DNA of 64,000 bases. Source: Pseudomonadales bacterium (GTDB lineage Bacteria; Pseudomonadota; Gammaproteobacteria; Pseudomonadales; Pseudohongiellaceae). Shown piece after piece: positions 60,599 to 64,000 of the stretch. Positions within the stretch are counted from its first letter, which is position 1; each line of letters begins with the position of its first letter. The DNA is taken from positions 24,532-88,531 of the forward strand of contig JAVVEG010000013.1 of the NCBI GenBank assembly GCA_032251455.1. The letters are read 5' to 3'. A model generated the notes under the pieces. The model saw only the letters and a list, made by a program, of their open reading frames with translations, made no database searches and was not told the origin of the DNA. Position numbers and translations under genes: made by a program.

Positions 60599-61451
60599 CG
60601 GCCGGGCCAGGGTTGCCTTTCTCGGACCGCTGGGTACTTTTTCACATGCCGCCGTTGATTCGTATTTTGCCGATTCCGTTGACAAACTCAGTGTGTCCAG
60701 TATTGATGAGGTGTTTCTGGCCGTTGAAACGGACAGGGCTGAATACGGTGTGGTGCCAGTGGAGAATTCTACGGAAGGCGCAGTTACCACTACCCAGGAA
60801 TGCCTGATCGATACCAGTCTGCGCATCATGGCCGAGATTATCATTCCGGTCGTACACAATGTCTTGATCAGCCCCGAGGCGGCTGCCGAAGGGATTTGCA
60901 GGGTGGTTTCCCATCGGCAGTCCCTGGCACAATGCCGTGGCTGGCTGAAAAAAAACTGGCCCGGAATTGAGCAGCGGGAAGTCAGCAGCAATGCAGAGGC
61001 GGCTCGATTGGCAGCCGCCGATAAGACGACAGCGGCAATTGCCGGGCTGATGGCAGCCGAGACTTATGGCCTGTCGGTGCTGGCGGCAGGAATTCAGGAT
61101 CGCAGCAATAATTCCACCCGGTTTCTGGTGATTGCCAGAGAATCTGCTGCTGCAACGGGCCATGACAAAACTTCGATTCTGGTTTATGCAGAGAACAAAC
61201 CAGGCGCCTTGTTCAGGGTTCTGGAACCGTTCGCAACAAACCAGGTCAGCCTGACCAGAATCGAAACCAGGCCTGCCAGGGATGATATGTGGGCCTATGT
61301 CTTTTTTATCGATTTCGAAGGGCATGAGAACGATGAGCCAGTGCGCAATGTTTTCGCTCAGTTGCAACACTGTACAGTAAAGATCAAGAATCTGGGTTCT
61401 TATCCGGCAGCTTCATCTGCTGCTGCTTCATCACTTTCCCTGGGAGACTGA
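60591..61451 (+). CDS. pheA: Prephenate dehydratase with ACT domain (no chorismate mutase domain)
   Basis: [12 protein letters not shown]..., [17 protein letters not shown] region TSILV...PGAL...ESRP. The ATG overlaps the gyrA stop (ATGATTGA). Confidence 0.9.
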   Translation: MIDGRARVAFLGPLGTFSHAAVDSYFADSVDKLSVSSIDEVFLAVETDRAEYGVVPVENSTEGAVTTTQECLIDTSLRIMAEIIIPVVHNVLISPEAAAEGICRVVSHRQSLAQCRGWLKKNWPGIEQREVSSNAEAARLAAADKTTAAIAGLMAAETYGLSVLAAGIQDRSNNSTRFLVIARESAAATGHDKTSILVYAENKPGALFRVLEPFATNQVSLTRIETRPARDDMWAYVFFIDFEGHENDEPVRNVFAQLQHCTVKIKNLGSYPAASSAAASSLSLGD

Positions 61452-61472
61452 CCAGTCCGGTTGAGAATTTTC

Positions 61473-63737
61473 ATGGAATTATTGCGCGGTAAAACGCTGC
61501 TGATTATTGGTTTGGGCCTGATTGGTGGTTCTCTGGCCAAGGCTCTCAAGAGGAACGGGGCCGGGGTGACCGTTTTTGCTTGCGGGCGCAATCAGGAGCA
61601 ACTGGAAACTGCCTTGCTTGATGGCAGTATCGATGGCTGGTGCATCGATCCCGTTGAGCTTTCATTACAGGCAGACATCATCCTGCTGGCTGTACCCGTG
61701 CTCAGTGTGAAGCCTTTGCTGCAAACCCTGAAAGGAAACATGAAAGCTGGAGCCATCATTACCGATGCGGCCAGTGTCAAGGGCCGTATTGTTGAGGACT
61801 TCAAGGCCACTCTGGGAGACGATTATCGATTTTTTATCCCCGGACACCCCATTGCCGGCTCAGAGAGAAGTGGCTACAGCGCTTCGCGCGATGATCTTTT
61901 TGTCAATCGAAAAGTCATCCTGACCCCTATGGCTGCGGCTGAGCCACTGGCTGTGCGCACGGTTGCGGCCCTGTGGCAGGTTTGTGGCGCCGAGGTGCAT
62001 GGCATGCAGGTTCAACGCCATGATGAGGTGCTGGCGGCGACCAGTCATCTGCCACATTTGCTGGCATATACCCTGGTCAATACCTTGCTGGGCCATGGCG
62101 CGCAACGCGAACAACAGCAACAGGTTTTCGATTATGCTGCGGGAGGATTTGCTGATTTCACCCGGATTGCATCCAGCGACCCATTGATGTGGCGGGATAT
62201 TTTCCTGAGCAATCAAACGGCAACAGTGAGCATACTGGATATCTACATACAGGACCTGCAAAGAATGCGGGAATTGATTCTGCAGGCCGAGGGAGACACC
62301 TTGCGACAGGAGTTTCAGCGTGCCAGGCAGGCAAGGAACCAGTTCATCAATCGGTTCGATGCCAATCGTAACAGAGAAGGCAATGGCCGCAGAGATCGAC
62401 CTGCAAACATTCAGGAAGCAGACAACATGGATTATTTGGCAAGACCTGGTGGTCAGGTAAAGGGAGATATACGAGTCCCTGGAGATAAATCGATATCGCA
62501 CCGCGCTATTATTCTGGGGGCTCTGGCTCAGGGAGTGACCCGTGTCAGTGGATTCCTGGAAGGCGAGGATTCCCTGCATACCCTGCAGGCTTTTCGTGAC
62601 ATGGGGGTAGTGATTACTGGCCCGGAAAACGGTGAGCTGAGTATCTATGGGGTAGGCAGAAAGGGTCTGCAGGCTCCGCGAAAACCTTTGTATCTGGGTA
62701 ATTCCGGAACCGCCATGCGTTTGCTTTGCGGGTTGTTGGCCGCGCAGACGTTTGACTCAGAGCTGAGCGGTGATAAATCCCTGAACCGCAGACCGATGCG
62801 ACGGGTTTCCGAACCGCTGCAAAAAATGGGTGCGGTGGTGGAGACCGATGAACAAGGAACTCCTCCACTAAGAATCAAGGGCGCGAAACTGCATGGCATC
62901 GACTATGTCATGCCCATGGCCAGTGCCCAGGTCAAATCCTGCCTGTTGCTGGCAGCCTTGTATGCAGAGGGCGAAACACGAATAACTGAACCCGCACCTT
63001 GCCGGGACCACACAGAGCGCATGCTGTCAGGTTTTTCCTATCCACTGCAGCGCAGTGATGAGGGTCGGGTCTGCACCATTGCAGGAGGTCATGAGTTGCA
63101 GGCGACAGATATCGATGTGCCCGCAGATATCTCCTCTGCCGCCTTCTTCCTGGTGGCGGCGACGATAACTCCGGGAGCCGAGCTGCGTTTGCGTCATGTT
63201 GGCGTGAATCCTACCCGTACGGGCATCATTCATCTGCTCCAGGCCATGGGTGCGGATATCCGTCTTGAAAATACCAGCCAGGCTGGAGGGGAGCCGGTGG
63301 CGGATATTCTGGTACGGCATGCTCCCCTGCATGGCATCAATGTACCGGAAGCAGAAATTCCTCTGGCAATTGATGAGTTTCCCGTATTCTTCATCGCCGC
63401 AGCCTGTGCCGCTGGCGAAACGATCCTGCATGGTGCCGAGGAGCTCCGGGTCAAGGAAAGCGATCGCATCCAGGCCATGGCTGATGGTCTGAGTATCCTG
63501 GGCATTGAAAATGAAACCTTTGCCGATGGAATTCGTATCCGTGGTGGAGACATCCGGGGTGGGGAGATCAACAGCAAGGGGGATCATCGGATAGCGATGG
63601 CTTTCGCCGTTGCCTCTCTGCGCGCAGCCGAACCGATTGTTATTCGTGATTGTGCCAATGTGGCGACCTCTTTCCCCGGCTTTCTGACCCTGGCCAATGC
63701 AGTGGGCATGCAGGTGTCCGTACAGGGTCGCAATTGA
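61473..63737 (+). CDS. aroA: Fused prephenate dehydrogenase / 3-phosphoshikimate 1-carboxyvinyltransferase
   Basis: N-terminal TyrA domain ([20 protein letters not shown]) joined to a full AroA ([31 protein letters not shown]). Confidence 0.9.
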   Translation: MELLRGKTLLIIGLGLIGGSLAKALKRNGAGVTVFACGRNQEQLETALLDGSIDGWCIDPVELSLQADIILLAVPVLSVKPLLQTLKGNMKAGAIITDAASVKGRIVEDFKATLGDDYRFFIPGHPIAGSERSGYSASRDDLFVNRKVILTPMAAAEPLAVRTVAALWQVCGAEVHGMQVQRHDEVLAATSHLPHLLAYTLVNTLLGHGAQREQQQQVFDYAAGGFADFTRIASSDPLMWRDIFLSNQTATVSILDIYIQDLQRMRELILQAEGDTLRQEFQRARQARNQFINRFDANRNREGNGRRDRPANIQEADNMDYLARPGGQVKGDIRVPGDKSISHRAIILGALAQGVTRVSGFLEGEDSLHTLQAFRDMGVVITGPENGELSIYGVGRKGLQAPRKPLYLGNSGTAMRLLCGLLAAQTFDSELSGDKSLNRRPMRRVSEPLQKMGAVVETDEQGTPPLRIKGAKLHGIDYVMPMASAQVKSCLLLAALYAEGETRITEPAPCRDHTERMLSGFSYPLQRSDEGRVCTIAGGHELQATDIDVPADISSAAFFLVAATITPGAELRLRHVGVNPTRTGIIHLLQAMGADIRLENTSQAGGEPVADILVRHAPLHGINVPEAEIPLAIDEFPVFFIAAACAAGETILHGAEELRVKESDRIQAMADGLSILGIENETFADGIRIRGGDIRGGEINSKGDHRIAMAFAVASLRAAEPIVIRDCANVATSFPGFLTLANAVGMQVSVQGRN

Positions 63738-63738
63738 T

Positions 63739-64000
63739 ATGAAGGCGCCGGTATTGACAATTGACGGACCGGGTGGCGCAGGCAAGGGGACGGTAAGCTG
63801 TCTGCTGGCCTCACGGCTGGGTTGGCATTATCTGGATAGTGGGGCCATGTACAGAGCTCTGGGACTGGCTGCCAGCAAGGCCGGTGTGGCATTTGATGAT
63901 GCAGCGGCCCTGGCCGAACTGGCCGCTAACATGCAATTGCATTTTGGTTCCGGTGAGGATGCCGCTGTGTATCTGGATAATGAGGAAGTTTCGGCCTTGA
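63739..64000 (+). CDS. cmk: Cytidylate kinase (5' part, runs off the window end)
   Basis: My translation: [41 protein letters not shown]... Not in the ORF track because it is open-ended. Confidence 0.85.
   Translation, partial: MKAPVLTIDGPGGAGKGTVSCLLASRLGWHYLDSGAMYRALGLAASKAGVAFDDAAALAELAANMQLHFGSGEDAAVYLDNEEVSAL

Noticed and set aside
1-64000. A scan of the whole window for CRISPR repeats, tRNA/tmRNA genes, integrases, transposases, IS inverted repeats, phage genes, toxin-antitoxin pairs, restriction-modification or other defence genes, and for abrupt compositional islands.
   Set aside because: None was found by eye. Gene content is contiguous core metabolism and motility with Pseudomonas/Vibrio-like synteny. 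The only unassigned coding candidate is the small-ORF locus at 45479-45828. A computational repeat or HMM scan could still reveal features I cannot see manually.

Overview
This 64-kb window looks like core chromosome of a polarly flagellated gammaproteobacterium, with Pseudomonas/Vibrio-type gene order and flagellar regulatory logic. Left to right: rnfC-rnfB-rnfA (minus strand, rnfC truncated by the window edge), a divergent rubredoxin, metG, a secreted DegP-like serine protease and dcd. A contiguous ~29-kb flagellar/chemotaxis supercluster follows on the plus strand: fleS-fleR, fliEFGHIJ, fliK, fliLMNOPQR-flhB, flhA-flhF-flhG-fliA, cheYZAB, a ParA-like/CheW-like (Vibrio ParC/ParP-type) pair, cheW and a DUF2802-like gene. 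After that come the complete cytochrome c maturation operon ccmABCDEFGHI and moaA-moaB. A ~500-bp gap holds an orphan small-ORF transcription unit. The rest is housekeeping: hemD-like, xthA, a cyclophilin, yciI, yciO, trpS, scpA-scpB-rluB, a GGDEF cyclase, yciK, a HAD phosphatase, ubiG, an MtaD-like amidohydrolase, gyrA, prephenate dehydratase, a fused tyrA-aroA and the start of cmk. I found no tRNA/rRNA genes, CRISPR array, transposase, integrase, phage genes or recognisable defence genes. Nearly every long ORF has a confident housekeeping assignment, so I do not see evidence for a wholly new multi-gene system here. The items worth a second look are regulatory or architectural. (1) A coherent set of sigma54 (-24/-12) and sigma28 promoter matches partitions the flagellar cluster; one lies inside the tracked fleS ORF, and a 13-mer palindromic operator is shared by the fleS and flhA control regions. 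(2) Five tandem 14-bp repeats span the fleS stop and the fleR start. (3) FliK, the hook-length ruler, carries a 213-bp tandem duplication with a perfect 126-bp core. (4) CheA appears to lack a globular P2 domain, and its linker carries two copies of a FliM-N/CheZ-C-like acidic motif. (5) An orphan 33-codon hydrophobic ORF has a perfect Shine-Dalgarno, its own promoter and a terminator. All calls rest on my own reading of the translations and motifs; no database search was possible.
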